From Octopus sinensis (taxonomy: Eukaryota): a stretch of DNA of 64,000 nucleotides. A program made the translations under genes and the position numbers. The stretch is taken from the NCBI RefSeq assembly GCF_006345805.1, contig NC_043005.1:71486001-71550000 (forward strand), written 5' to 3'. The notes under the pieces are model-generated. The model was not told the DNA's origin, ran no database searches, and saw nothing but the letters and a program-made list of their open reading frames with translations. Of the stretch, positions 10,990 through 23,521 are shown in pieces; position 1 is the first letter of the stretch; the number at the start of each line of letters is the position of its first letter.

Positions 10990-11280
10990 ATATGTGTGTG
11001 TGTGTGTGTGTGTATGTGTCTTTGTGTCTGTGTTTGCCCCCTATCACTGCTTGCTAGCCAACCGGTGTTGGTTCGTTTACATTCCTATGACTTAGCAGTT
11101 TAGCAAAAAACCCACAAAATACAAAAGAAAACCTATAGAATAAGTACCAGGCTTTACAAAAAAAAGAAACAAAAGATAGCAGTAAGTACTGTAGTTGAGT
11201 CATTCAAGTAAAATTCCTGAAGGTGATACCCCAGCATGGTGGAAGGTCTAATGACTGAAACAGGTAAAAGATAAAAGGAT
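10990..11280 (+). mobile_element. SINE family A, diverged 3' half
   Basis: gtgtctgtgtttgcccc...gaataagtacc...ccccagcatgg...aatgactgaaacagg. Confidence 0.7.
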
Positions 11281-11509
11281 GAATGAGTAAGAGGAGAGGG
11301 GGAAGGAAGAAGGGGGGGGGGGGGTTATTAATGGCATCAGGTTATCAATGGCTCTCTTGATCCACTCATTCACTAAAGATTCCTTCAGCCTACCTTTTAC
11401 CCTTAACCATCTAAACTGAAACAGCTGTTTCCCCCCTCCACCTTCCTATCGACCACTCCCACTCCCACAAGCAAACACACACACACACACACACATACAG
11501 ATGCTTGTT

Positions 11510-12294
11510 GTCAGCAGTCACCACCACTACCACCACTACTGCCACAACCATCACCATCACTACTACCACTATCACCATCACCACCTTCACCACCACCACT
11601 ACTACCACTACCAACATCACCACCACTACCATTACCACCACCACTACCACCACCATCACCACTACCACTACCACTATTAATATCTCCACCACCACCACCA
11701 CTACCATCACCACTATCACCATTTCCACTGCCACCACTACCACCACCACCACCACCAACACCACCGGCATCACTACCACCATCACCACCACCACCATTAA
11801 CACCGCCACCACTACCATCACTACCACCAACACCACCGGCATCACTACCACCAACACCACTGGCATCACTACCACCATCACCACCACCACCACCACCATT
11901 AACACCGCCACCACTACCATCACTACCACCACCGCCACCACCACTGCCATTACCACCACCAGCACCACCTCACACACAGACAAGCAGACTTTGGCTGGTC
12001 CCTCACTTTTAGCCCGCTTCCTTTGAGAATCATCACTAATATTATTAGTATTATTATTATTATTGTCGGCAGCCAGCAGCCAGCAGCCACACCTGCAACT
12101 TTGCTTACTCTTACTCCGTAATGGGGTGGGGCAGGGATGGAGGTTCTTTCTACTATTATAGTAATACATTTACATGCACTAATTTGTTGCTGCTGCTGCA
12201 TTTACCTGTGCCAGGGTTACTAGTACTACTGCTGCTACTATTACAACTATATCCACTACTACCACTATTACTGCTGCTACTACTACTACTATTG

Positions 12295-12382
<88 letters not shown>

Positions 12383-12810
12383 CACCACCACCACCACCAC
12401 CACTACTACTACCACCACCATCGCTACTACTACTACTACTACTACTACACCACCACCACTACTACTACTTCTACTACTATTACTACTACTACTACTACTA
12501 CTATACTACTACTACTACTGCTGCTGCTACAAGTACCATTCTTACTACTACTACTACTGCTGCTACTATTACAACTATATCCACTACTACCACTACCACA
12601 TCACCACCACTACCATTACCACCACCACTACTACTACTTCTACTACTATTACTACTACTACTGCTGCTGCTGCTACAAGTACCATTCTTACTACTACTAC
12701 TGCTGCTGCTGCCACTGCTGCTACAACTACCATTCTTACTAGTACTACTATTACTACTGATACTGCTACCACCACCACTATCACCACTACTGCTGCTGCT
12801 GCTGTTCAAC
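11510..12810. repeat. (CAC)/(TAC) triplet microsatellite arrays
   Basis: Degenerate cac/tac/gct arrays; source of the poly-T, poly-V and poly-L ORFs. Confidence 0.95.
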
Positions 12811-12984
12811 TATATTCCAAGCTGCTACCACACTTATAGTATTAAATTTCCTTCCCTGATAACTTAGCCCCTTTTCTCATTAGGTTTCTCAACTCATACC
12901 TTATTTCAACACATATTACTAACCATTTTAAACCCTCCGATAAGATTACATACCACTCCCCCAGTCAGTGCACTCTCACCCACC

Positions 12985-13065
<81 letters not shown>

Positions 13066-13360
13066 ACCATTTCAAATACCTCTCAGTATGCACTTATGTG
13101 GTAATGTGAGCATGTGAGTGTGTGTATGTATTTATGCAGCTGTGTGTATGTGGGTGTATGGGTATGTGTGTGTGTGTGTATATATATATATACATATACA
13201 TACACACCCACACATTTTATATATATATATATATGTATACACACACACACTTATATACATACATATATATATACATATATATACATATATATATCCACAT
13301 GTATATATATATATATACATATACACATATACACATATATACATGTGTACACACACGCAC

Positions 13361-13397
<37 letters not shown>

Positions 13398-13425
13398 CTA
13401 TATATATATATTATATATATATATA

Positions 13426-13478
<53 letters not shown>

Positions 13479-13491
13479 TATTATTTATTTC

Positions 13492-13605
13492 ATCTTTGGC
13501 TAAGAATAAACTACTGTTCCTAGCTTTCACTGATTTCAAGAAGGCATTTGACAGAGTACCATGTTCTGTAATTTCATGGTCAGTGAGATAAGTAGGTGTT
13601 GATAA
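13492..13605 (+). mobile_element. RTE-type RT fragment
   Basis: [31 protein letters not shown] resembles the AF.D.EKAFDRVP motif. Confidence 0.75.
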
Positions 13606-14012
13606 AGGGTGATGATGAGTATGGTGATAACGACGGCAACAACGACGATGATAGTGGTGGTGGTGGTGGTGGTGGTGGTGATGGTGGCGGCAGTGGCGGC
13701 GGCGGCGGTCGTTGTCGTCATGGTGGTGGTAATGATAATAAACTTTTTCTTGTCGAGGTTTTCACCAATCGGTGGATTACCTCATGCTCATGTCTATATA
13801 GATGTAACATCAAAGCAGATTTAGATTCACAAACAAAGGGACAATCCTAGCAAATCCCAACATGGTCAAAACAAACTGGTAACAAGTTTAGTTTGAATTG
13901 TTCTTACTCTGCCCTGTTTTCTCTTTGTTTCTCTGATCTTAATATATTCCTTCCTCAGTTTCCTATCCTGCCATATTCTTTCAGTAAGTATCGTATTTAA
14001 AGGCCGTTAAGA

Positions 14013-14432
14013 CTCTCTTTACTCTTTTACTCATTTACTTGTTTCAGTCATTTGACTGCGGCCATGCTGGAGCACCGCCTTTAGTCGAGCAAATCAACCC
14101 CGGGACTTATTCTTTGTAAGCCCAGTACTTATTCTATCGGTCTCTTTTGCCGAACCGCTAAGTGACGGGGACGTAAACACACCAGCATCAGTTGTCAAGC
14201 AATGCTAGGGGGACAAACACAGACACACAAACATATACACACACACTTATATATATATACACATATATACGACGGGCTTCTTTCAGTTTCTGTCTACCAA
14301 ATCCACTCACAAGGCATTGGTCGGCCCGGGGCTATAGCAGAAGACACTTGCCCAAGTTGCCACGCAGTGGGACTGAACCCGGAACCATGTGGTTGGTTAG
14401 CAAGCTACTTACCACACAGCCACTCCTGCACC
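14013..14432 (-). mobile_element. SINE family A
   Basis: Full-length reverse copy. Confidence 0.92.
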
Positions 14433-14564
14433 TTTTTTACCCAAAATTAGCTTTAAAAACTCTTGCATCTGTTGCTGCTTTGGTGGCCCAGTCGTTAAGG
14501 GTGTTTAGAAGTAGTAACATAACACAGAAGTGGAGGTTTCAAATCTCTGCTAGGAATTACAAAC

Positions 14565-14920
14565 TAGGTGCAGGTGTGGCTGTGTGGTAAGTAGCTTGCT
14601 TACCAACCACTTACTATAGTCTTCTACTATAGCCTCGGGCTGACCAAAGCCTTGTGAGTGGATTTGGAAGACAGAAACTGAAAGAAGCCTGTTGTATATA
14701 TGTATATATGTGTGTGTGTGTGTGTCTGTGTTTGTCCCCTCCAACATCGCTTGACAACCGATGGTGGTGTGTTTACATCCCCGTAACTTAGAGGTTCGGC
14801 AAAAGAGACCAATAAAATAAGTACTTGGCTTCCAAAGAAAAAGTCCTAGGGTTGATTTGCTCATCTAAAGTCAGTGCTCCAGCATGGCCGCAGTCAAGTG
14901 ACTGAAAGAAGTAAAGAGTA
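14565..14920 (+). mobile_element. SINE family A with internal deletion
   Basis: Head jumps from aaccac to ttactatagtcttctactatagcc. Confidence 0.85.
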
Positions 14921-15282
14921 GGCTCAAAACTCACTCAAATCTGTATGTATGTTTACAAAATATGTGCTGCCATCTATTGGTGAACAATCACCTCCGGCAT
15001 GTTTATATCGAATTATAAGCAATAAATTACTTATAATTACCGGTAATAACAAAAAGTTATACAGGTAAGTGGAGGAATTAAAACATTATTTTAGTGGCAA
15101 TTTATTTTACAAAAGTATAGCCTAGGCTAGGGTGCGTCCAATGTACTAGTGGCTCTTATAGGCCATCAAATACAATATATTTGATTCAGTTAAATCCAGT
15201 TTTGGTTTATTGGTGTATTATATGATTTTATTTTCATATCATAAAGAAGGTTTCCCAAAATTTTGTGTGCCATCATATTTTT

Positions 15283-15512
15283 CTTTCTTTACTACCCACA
15301 AGGGGCTAAACACATAGGGGACAAACAAGGGCAGACAAACGGATTAAGTCGATTACATCGACCCCAGTGCGTAACTGGTACTTAATTTATCGACCCCGAA
15401 AGGATGAAAGGCAAAATCGACCTCAGCGGAATTTGAACTCAGAACGTAATGGCAGATGAAATACGGCTACGCATTTTGCCCGGCGTGCTACCGTTTTTGC
15501 CAGCTCGCCACC
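15283..15512 (-). mobile_element. SINE family B
   Basis: Reverse of ggcgagctggcagaaacg...ttctgagttcaaattcc...ctttcatcctttcggggtcgataaattaagtaccag. Confidence 0.9.
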
Positions 15513-15720
15513 AATGTGCCATCATATTGTTGGCTGTTTAGGTTAGCTTTGGGATGATTTTCTTAGGTTATTCAAGTTCCATGACCAATCCACCTCTAAA
15601 ATGGATTGGTAATGTAATTTGAATAAGTGTAATTACTCCAATAAGTGTAGTTATTCTAAGCGGCCACATTTCTTCCTGAAAATAATCCATATTGCAGGCT
15701 TTATCCCCTAATTTTGCATA

Positions 15721-16545
15721 ACGCATAGGAGTGGCTCTGTGGTAAGTAGCTTGCTTACCAACCTCATAGTTTTGGTTTCAGTCCCACTGTGGGGCACCTT
15801 GGGCTAGTGTCTTCTACTATAGCCTCAGACTGACCAAAGCCTTGTGAGTGGATTTGGTAGACGGAGAATGAAAAAAGCCTGTCATATATGTGTGTGTATA
15901 TGTTTGTATGTGTATATGTTTCTGTGTCTGTGTTTGTTCCCCCCCACCATCACCAATGCTGGTGTGTTTATGTCCCCGTAACTTAGCGGTTCAGCGAGAG
16001 ACAGATAGAACAAGTACTAGGCTTACAAAGAACAAGTCCTCGGGTCGATTTGCTCGACTAAAAGATGGTGCTCCAGCATGGCCACAGTCAAATGACTGAA
16101 ACAATTAAAAGAGGAAAAGAGTAAGAGTAAAGAGAGTAAGGCTTTATCTAAGAAACCTGAACAAGGCTGTGTGGTAAGAAGCTTGCTTCCCAACCACATG
16201 GTTCCAGGTTCAGTTTCACGGCATGGCACCTCAGGCAAGTGTCTTCTACAATAGCCTTGGGCCAACCAAAGTCTTGTGTATGGATTTTGATAGATGGAAA
16301 CTGAAAGAAGCCTATTGTGTGTGTTTGTGTCAGTTTTTGCACCCCCACCCCACTGCTTGACAACAGGTGTTGTTTTGTTTATATCCCTGAACCCTAGCGA
16401 TTCAGCAAAAAGTGACAGATAGAATAAGTACCAAGCTTAGAAAATAGACAACTGGGGTTGGTTCATTTGACCAACAGTTCTTCAAGGTGGTGCCCCAGCA
16501 TGGCCATAGTCTAATGACTGAAGCAGATCAAGATAAAAGAAAGGA
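15721..16545 (+). mobile_element. Two tandem SINE family A copies (15721-16140, ~16160-16545)
   Basis: Each has head, core and tail. Confidence 0.88.
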
Positions 16546-16808
16546 TTATCGAAAGCATATTATTGATCAATATGGGATCTTGATAAAAAGTTCTTAGAAG
16601 TTTCAACTAGAATAGATTACAGCAACATAATTGGCCCCTGGGAAAATCAATGCCCCAAATCCCTAAAATATTTATTGAAAACAGCAGCAAAATACTAACA
16701 TCAGTATTGGGTCCCTAAACCTGGACAGCTCCAGTGCACATATATGTCAGGACAGCACTGATCACATCCCAATATACATCAATTCTGTTTTCAAAACAAT
16801 ATCTTTTT

Positions 16809-16900
16809 CATTATTTACATTCGACGGATGAGGACAAATATCTGTCGAAGTAAATAATGTAATGTATATAATTCCTCATCTCTTAAATATAAAACTGTAA
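16809..16900 (+). mobile_element. 3' fragment of family D with 5' fold-back
   Basis: gaggacaaatatc...attcctcatctcttaaatat matches 54291-54360; 16809-16829 is inverted relative to 16840-16859; flanked by atctttttc (16801-16809 and 16902-16910). Confidence 0.75.
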
Positions 16901-16910
16901 CATCTTTTTC

Positions 16911-17340
16911 CCTTTCTACTCTAGGCACAAAGCCCGATATTTTGCGAGAGGAGGCCAGTCGATTAGATCAACCACAGTATGCAACTGGTACTTAATTTAT
17001 TGACCCCGAAAGGATGGAAGGCAAAATCGACCTTGGCGGAATTTGAACTCAGAATGTTAAGACAGATGAAATACTGCTAAGCATTTCACCTGGCATGCTA
17101 ACGTTTCTTATTTCTTTATTGTCCACAAGGAGCTAAACATAGAGGAGACAAACAAGGACAGACAAACGGATTAAGTCAATTACATCAACCCCAGTGCATA
17201 ACTGGTACTTAATTTATTGACCCCGAAAGGATGAAAGGCAAAATCGACCTTGGTGGAATTTGAACTCAGAACGTAAAGACAGACAAAATACTGCTAAGCA
17301 TTTCGCCCAGCATGCTAACGTTTCTGCCAGCTTGCCGCCT
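16911..17340 (-). mobile_element. Two tandem SINE family B copies
   Basis: Two gaccccgaaaggat...gaatttgaactcagaa blocks; flanked by taacatcttttt (16898 and 17341). Confidence 0.88.
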
Positions 17341-17459
17341 TAACATCTTTTTCTATTCCAGTCATGCTGTTGTAATTTACCAAAGAAGGCTGCTGCATTA
17401 TTAATCTATATATCTTCTCATCAAAAAAAAAAATTAAAAAATAAATAAAAAAAAATATG

Positions 17460-17692
17460 GGCGGCGAGCTGGCAGAAACGTTAGCACGCCGGGCGAAATG
17501 CTTATCAGTATTTCGTCTGTCGTTACATTCAGAGTTCAAATTCCCCCGAGGTCGACTTTGCCTTTCATCCTTTCGGGGTCGATAAAATTAAGTACCAGTT
17601 ACGCACTGGGGTCGATGTAATCGACTTAATCCCTTTGTCTGTCCTTGTTTGTCCCCATCTATGTTTAGCCCCTTGTGGGTAGTAAAGAAATA
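17460..17692 (+). mobile_element. SINE family B with 16-bp TSD
   Basis: TSD tatatatcttctcatc at 17407-17422 and 17693-17708. Confidence 0.92.
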
Positions 17693-17727
17693 TATATATC
17701 TTCTCATCATGCAGGTGAGCATTTGCA

Positions 17728-17955
17728 TTAACCCTTTATGTTTAAACCTGACATATCCAGCCAAAATATTCTACCTGTTTTATCTTCAAACTGGTCAGGT
17801 ATCGTCTTTCATAGCTACCTTATTGTGTCATTTTACATATGATACAATCACATCATTGAAATCTCAAAGCCATGTAATAATACAGGATTAATTTTAAATG
17901 GTGTGAATACATAAGCCTTGAATTTAACAGAATAACCTGAATGCTATAGGGTTAA
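17728..17955 (+). mobile_element. TTAA-type MITE
   Basis: Termini ttaacccttta and tatagggttaa. Confidence 0.7.
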
Positions 17956-18214
17956 TTCAACTATACAAATTGTAAAAGTTTTATATATTTTAAGTCGTGA
18001 CCATCCACTCATATGTGATTTATTGGCAAAATATCAGCAGATTAGATGAGTTTTATTCCGTTTTTGTTTGTGTTTTTTTTAGTTCATTAGTTGATATAAG
18101 ACAGTGAATTACTTAAGTTTTCTGTAACACTTCTGTTACCATAGTTCTATAAAACAGCATTGCCTTTGTTTCATTTAAAATTGATAATACCAGGAATTTA
18201 TTAAAATAATCTTG

Positions 18215-19215
18215 GTTGTGTGGTGAGAAATTTGCATCACAACTACACGGTTCCAGGCTCAGTCCTGCTGCATAGCACCTTGAGCAAGTGTCTTTGAGTA
18301 TGGACTCAGGCCAGTTGAAGCCTTGTGAGTGGATTTGATAAACAGAAATTGAAAGAAGCCCATCATGTGTGTGTGTGTGTCTTGGTATCTGAGGATGACC
18401 CACAACACTGATTGATATTTGGTGTTGTGTTTATGTCTCTGTAACTAAGCAGTTTGGCAAAACAGACCAACAGAATAAAAATATATAAATTTAGTCCTGG
18501 GGTTGAATTATGTGGCAAAAATTCTTCAAGCTGGTTTCCCAGCATGACCGCAGTCTAATGACAGAAACAAGTAAAAGATAAACGATAATTAAGCTTTTTA
18601 TTTTGAACATAAGTTTACCTGCAATTTTAATGGAACCTTTAAATTAGAACATTTTAAAACAGAAGGGATGTATCATAGAATCAGGAGCAGTCTCAGGTGG
18701 GTTGGTATCAAAACTTGTATAGTGAGACTGAATACCCCAAAAACATTCAAGAAATTTTCAACAAGTTTATAGGCACAGGTATGTCTGTGTTATGAGAGGT
18801 TTGCTTCCTAATCATATGGCTTCGGGTTCAGTCCCACTGCATGGTACCTTGAGCAAGTGACTTCTTTTATAGCCTCAGGCTGACAAAGACTTGTGAGTGG
18901 ATTTTGTGATTGCAAATCAAAAGAAGCCCATGTGTGTGTGTGTGTGTGTGTGTGTGTTAGGATGTGTGTGTGTATGTGGTGTCCGTGTCTGTGTCAGTGT
19001 GTCTTTGTGTCTGTGCTTGTTCCACCCACCTCCACTGCTTGACAACCAGTGTTGGTATGTTTACAACCCTGTAATTTAGCAGTTCCACCAAAAGAAACTG
19101 ATAGAATAAGTACTAAGCTTAAAAAATAAGTCCTGGGAATGGGGTCGATCTGTTCAACTAAAATCCTTCAAGATGGTGCTCTAGCATTGCCATAGTCAAA
19201 TAACTGAAACAAATA
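18215..19215 (+). mobile_element. Two diverged SINE family A copies (~18215-18580, ~18775-19215)
   Basis: Core accttgagcaagtg and tail cagcat..cagtc.aat.actgaaac present in both. Confidence 0.75.
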
Positions 19216-19729
19216 CGAAAAAAAAAAAGAGAAAATGGGAAAGTAATTAAGCTTCTTGAAAATATCCCTGATATGCTATTCATTTCCTCACCATTAAACG
19301 GCACATCAAAAATATCTTTTGCACAATTTAGTGTTCTTGCTTTGAATCTCCAATAATTATACAATCCTTCCTTAGTACAATATAGTACAATAGTACAATT
19401 GGAATCCATTGCCAAATACTTCAATAATGTAATCAAACACAAGAAATAAAAAACAAACAAAGCAAGAACCAAAATACTTTATTGTTTTGTACTTTTACCG
19501 ACTTTGGAAGATTCATGTGATTCTGTGATTCTTCAGTTGAGATAACGGTGGCTCTGATATTGTTTTCAAAGTGTGATAGTGATGTTATCTCTGGCAATCT
19601 GACCTAAAGGAGCTATCTGAGAATGAGGTGTAAATCGTTTTTACAAGTTGAATAATCCATGTATAGGAAAACGAGCAAAACATATTGTCTTCACAAAATT
19701 CCTTCATGGTTTGTACTTTTATCCTTTCA

Positions 19730-19868
19730 GTCTTTTATTTGCTTCAGTCATTTGACTGTGGCCATGCTGAAGCACTGCTTTTAGCCTTTGTAAGCCTAGT
19801 GCTTATTCTATGGGTCTCTTTTGCTGAACCACTAAGTTACAGGGACAAACACACTAACATCAGTTGTC
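19730..19868 (-). mobile_element. SINE family A 3' fragment
   Basis: cagtcatttgactgtggccatgctg...acactaacatcagttgtcaa; ends at the LINE ORF1 junction. Confidence 0.8.
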
Positions 19869-20790
19869 AACCGTGATTTTCTCTACCTTTTCTGCTTCTC
19901 CCTGTTCTTCTTGACGCTCTTGGGGTCTTTCTGCTTTTTTTGTTGGTTCCTCGGTAGGGTTTTGTATTGGTGGAGGGTAATTCACTCTTATGTGACCTTT
20001 CAGGCCATATTTGAAACAATGAGGAACTCTGCCCTCCATCCATACTCTTAAACTTATGTCTCCTCTCATAACTGCCTCGGACAAGTATTCTAAAATTTAC
20101 ATTTCTGCCTGGACGCTCATCTCCAATGTTACTCCTCTCCATTTTCCTCCTTCCGTTGTCGTAGCCTGGAGAATTTTCACTTTCTCTTCATTACCAAGGA
20201 CGGCTGCCACGATCCACACTGTTTCTACATCTGGCAGGATTCCTTCTACCCTGATCATGGATGTTCTCCTGCCAAGATACGTGGGTAGAAGGAATACTTT
20301 GTCCATTTTTATCGTCTTCACAGCCATCCTCCTTGCAATTTCTTCCAACCTAAATTGGACAACTACTGTCCCATATTTGTTTCCTCTTGTGAGGAATATC
20401 ACTTTTTCCGTTGTTGTTCTTAGTGCTTCCTCAATGGTTTCAATTCCTACTAAGTCCACCTTACTTTTTTCCACCAAAAACACTCTGTATATTATTGTTC
20501 TCCTTTCAATATTTTTCATTATTTTCTTTGGTGGCGACAACTCAGCATCACCGCCCACTTTTTCCATCATTATTTGGTAATATGACATGTTTGATAAATC
20601 TACTTCTTTACTTCTTGGTTCCATTGCCTTCGCATAAGTGGTCCTTTCTTTCAGTGCCTCATCCATCCTGCAAACAGCTTTGCCAGCTCTTCCTCAGAAG
20701 TCGACAAATCCGACTCGCTGAGGTCAGAATAAAAATTCTTTCTTGCCATTTATTCTAGCTAATTCTCCATGGAGAAAAAGCACCTCTGCT
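19869..20790 (-). mobile_element. LINE 5' end with frameshifted ORF1 (Gag-like zinc knuckle)
   Basis: ATG at 20749 (MARKNFYSDLSESD...), continues in the 189-aa ORF 20097-20666 (RVEGILPDV) and then PHCFKYGLKGHIRVNY, a degenerate CX2CX4HX4C; L1/Tx1-like by inference. Confidence 0.7.
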
Positions 20791-21034
20791 GCAAACAACA
20801 CCCAATTTATATTAAAAGGTTGTTAGAAAGTATTTATTTCTTTATATACTTGCCGTGTATTAATGGTGCACAATAAAACCACCCAATAATTACCATAATA
20901 CAGTCAGGGGAACCAGAAATAAATGTATTATGGGAATAGTTTATTTTTTTCCACCGTTTTTTTTTATTCTACCTACCTGTCTCACGATTGATCATCTATC
21001 TTTCCCAATATTCAAGTAGTAAGTTTTTCTTTGC

Positions 21035-21362
21035 GGTTTCAATTCCCAGACCGGGCGTTGTGAGTGTTTATTGAGCGAAAACACCTGAAGCTCCACGAGG
21101 CTCCGGCAGGGATGGTGGTGATCCCTGCTGTACTCTTTCACCACAACTTTCTCTCACTCTTACTTCCTGTTTCTGTTGTACTTGTATTTCAAAGGGCCGA
21201 CCTTGTCACTCTCTGTGTCACGCTGAATATCCCCGAGAACTGCGTTAAGGGTACACATGTCTGTGGAGTGCTCAGCCACTTACACATTAATTTCACGAGC
21301 AGGCTGTTCCGTTGATCGGATCAACCGGAACCCTCGTCATTGTAACTGACAGAGTGCTTCCA
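21035..21362 (+). mobile_element. 5'-truncated SINE family E
   Basis: B-box-like ggtttcaattccc, head remnant similar to family C, hairpins gcagggat/atccctgc and gttccg/cggaac. Confidence 0.65.
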
Positions 21363-21399
21363 AGATTTTCTTTATGTCATGATTCAGATATTTTAGGAT

Positions 21400-22308
21400 T
21401 CATAAAAATTTCATTTTTTATATGTTTATGTAATTATGTAGATTCAATATTGTTCAATAATTATATATCTACTATTATTCTTAAGAATTTAAACTCTGTT
21501 TTTGAATTTAAATTTATAAATTTTCTAACTAATCTCGTGTGACGTGTGACTAAAAATTTAATTAAATTTACCATAACTGAAATTATCCAAATAATGTTAT
21601 ATTTTAATGTGGCTATATATTGTATTCTAGTAATGTTAAATAATGGTATATAAGAGTAGCTTTGACCCAAAGGATATAACTAAGTTTTAATTTATTAAAA
21701 TTATTTTTTGTTTATTTACTTGAGAATCCGTTTTTATTCCTTAAATTTTTATGTCTTAAATTTATAAGGTTCATGAATTTATCTATTTACTTATTTATAC
21801 TTATATATTTGTAATTAATTTTGACAAACATAGTGATATATAAGGAGTAGTTATATTTATAAATGTGGGGAAAGTAGACCTGACGATTGGGAGTTTGTAA
21901 ACATAATGAGTTTTTGAATGAGACTTTATATCTTAACAATACCATATGTAGCCTCATGAAACACGTGTAATCCAGAATATGGAAAATTTGGGGATTATGA
22001 ATAGAAATAGTAAGTATAATATTTAATATTTTATGGCTTGTTTGAGTTAATACCATTGGGAGTAGAAGAAGTTGTGGGTGTTTCTATTTCTAACACTATT
22101 TTGATATATATGAATTAATTATTGAGAGTAATTCAATTTAATAGTTTTAATTTGAATCCCTTATTCCCGTGGCACTGGAATTGATCTTCCCTAATAATAA
22201 AAATAATTATTATTATATATATGTATATCTCTACCATCTATCTCTCTTTCTATCTATAGATGGATAGATAGATAGATACATATATATACATACATAGACA
22301 GATAGACA

Positions 22309-22342
<34 letters not shown>

Positions 22343-23095
22343 TGGTTCTTTGATTGATGAATGATTTTTAAGAATGGATTTGACTACAAATGTTTTATAT
22401 CTATGTGGGAATTCACAATCTACATACATTTGATTGCAATTTTAGAGTATAATGTAGACCTTATATACGTTATTTCTTGATTCTACATTTATATTTCAAG
22501 AATGAAGTGGTTAAATAAATATTAGACCCGTGATTGTAAGTATGGAGTTCTTTTACATATTAGCCTCTTTATCTCTATCAGCCATCCTGCTATTCAAAGT
22601 TCAGTTGAGCTTAAGAACGGCTTTGATTTCCTCATTATACAATTAAAAAGGCAAAGATACGGGGACCAAGTGAGAATCCACAACAATGTTGCTGTGCTAA
22701 ATCTAGATATAGAGATTGCTTTGTGGATAATGAAAGAGACCTTTATTGTGAAGGTCATAAAAACTTTCCAAGAATGCTTCTTGGTATAGTGGATGATCTT
22801 AGACTCAGATACATCTGGGGGTTATGTTGATAACTCCCATCACTGGATCATTTGTAAGGAGACTTTCAACATCCATAGCATAAATGTTCCCAACTTTATT
22901 TGTATCATATAAATTCTCAAAGAATTTGTCATATGACTACGATGTTCTGGTGTATATTTTAATTATGCCGTCCAGTCGTTTTGCAATTCTGCATGTAAAT
23001 GTATTGGTTTGAGAGATTATGGGTCAGAGGAGGTTATATATTGAAAGTAAATTTACATTTCTGTACATGTACATTTGGTATATATTTACAACAAA
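21400..23095 (-). mobile_element. Decayed Penelope-like element (RT, probably GIY-YIG)
   Basis: Minus strand 22345-23095 gives L*PIISQ..RIAKRLDGII, IYAMDVESLLTNDPV and CEFPHRYKTFVVKS, matching PLE RT motifs; 21400-22200 support is much weaker. Confidence 0.75.
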
Positions 23096-23185
23096 GAGTC
23101 ATTGTAATATAATACAATATAGTACATGAAACAAAAATCAATAGAAAAACTATAGCTGAAAATATTACTGTTTTATATATGGCTA

Positions 23186-23283
23186 TGGCTGTACATATTC
23201 TAAATTTGGAATGATACAGAGGAGATTAGCCTGGCCCCTGCAAAAGGATGATATGCAAATTCATGAAGCATTTCCTATTTTTT
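23186..23283 (+). pseudogene. U6: U6 snRNA processed pseudogene
   Basis: gtacatattctaaatttggaatgatacagaggagattagcctggcccctgcaaaaggatgatatgcaaattcatgaagcatttcctattttt aligns to U6; CpG decay; ACAGAGA box mutated; about 10 nt missing at 5' end. Confidence 0.92.
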
Positions 23284-23286
23284 CAC

Positions 23287-23347
23287 GAAGCAGTGCTCCA
23301 GCATGGCTACAGCCAAATGACTGAGATGAGTGAAAGAAATAAAAGAA
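23287..23347 (+). mobile_element. SINE family A 3' tail fused to U6
   Basis: cagtgctccagcatggctacagccaaatgactgag..aaagaaataaaag. Confidence 0.8.
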
Positions 23348-23521
23348 TCCTACAAAATCTGACGAGAATATATATAAAAGAGTTGCTAATGAAAAAATAC
23401 ATAAGCTAAAAATCAACACAGATACCACACATGAAATTAATTAAGAAAAATACTAGATTTGAAGGTTAAATAATTTTTAAAACAAGCATTTAAAAAAATT
23501 ATCAGCGTGTGGTAAGTAGCT

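Noticed and set aside
11411-12867. Long Thr-, Val- and Leu-rich ORFs resembling mucin or membrane proteins
   Set aside because: They are translations of CAC/TAC triplet arrays, open in several frames and on both strands, with no non-repetitive domain
19200-19620. Possible minus-strand exons (VRLPEITSLSHFENNIRA..., YLAMDSNC...DVPFNG)
   Set aside because: Splice signals are plausible, but a resemblance to HIRA is only a few residues and cannot be supported without a search
21070-21135. GAAA, CTGAAG and a perfect hairpin in family E
   Set aside because: Core is not CUGANGA and helices do not abut the motifs; treated as ordinary SINE structure
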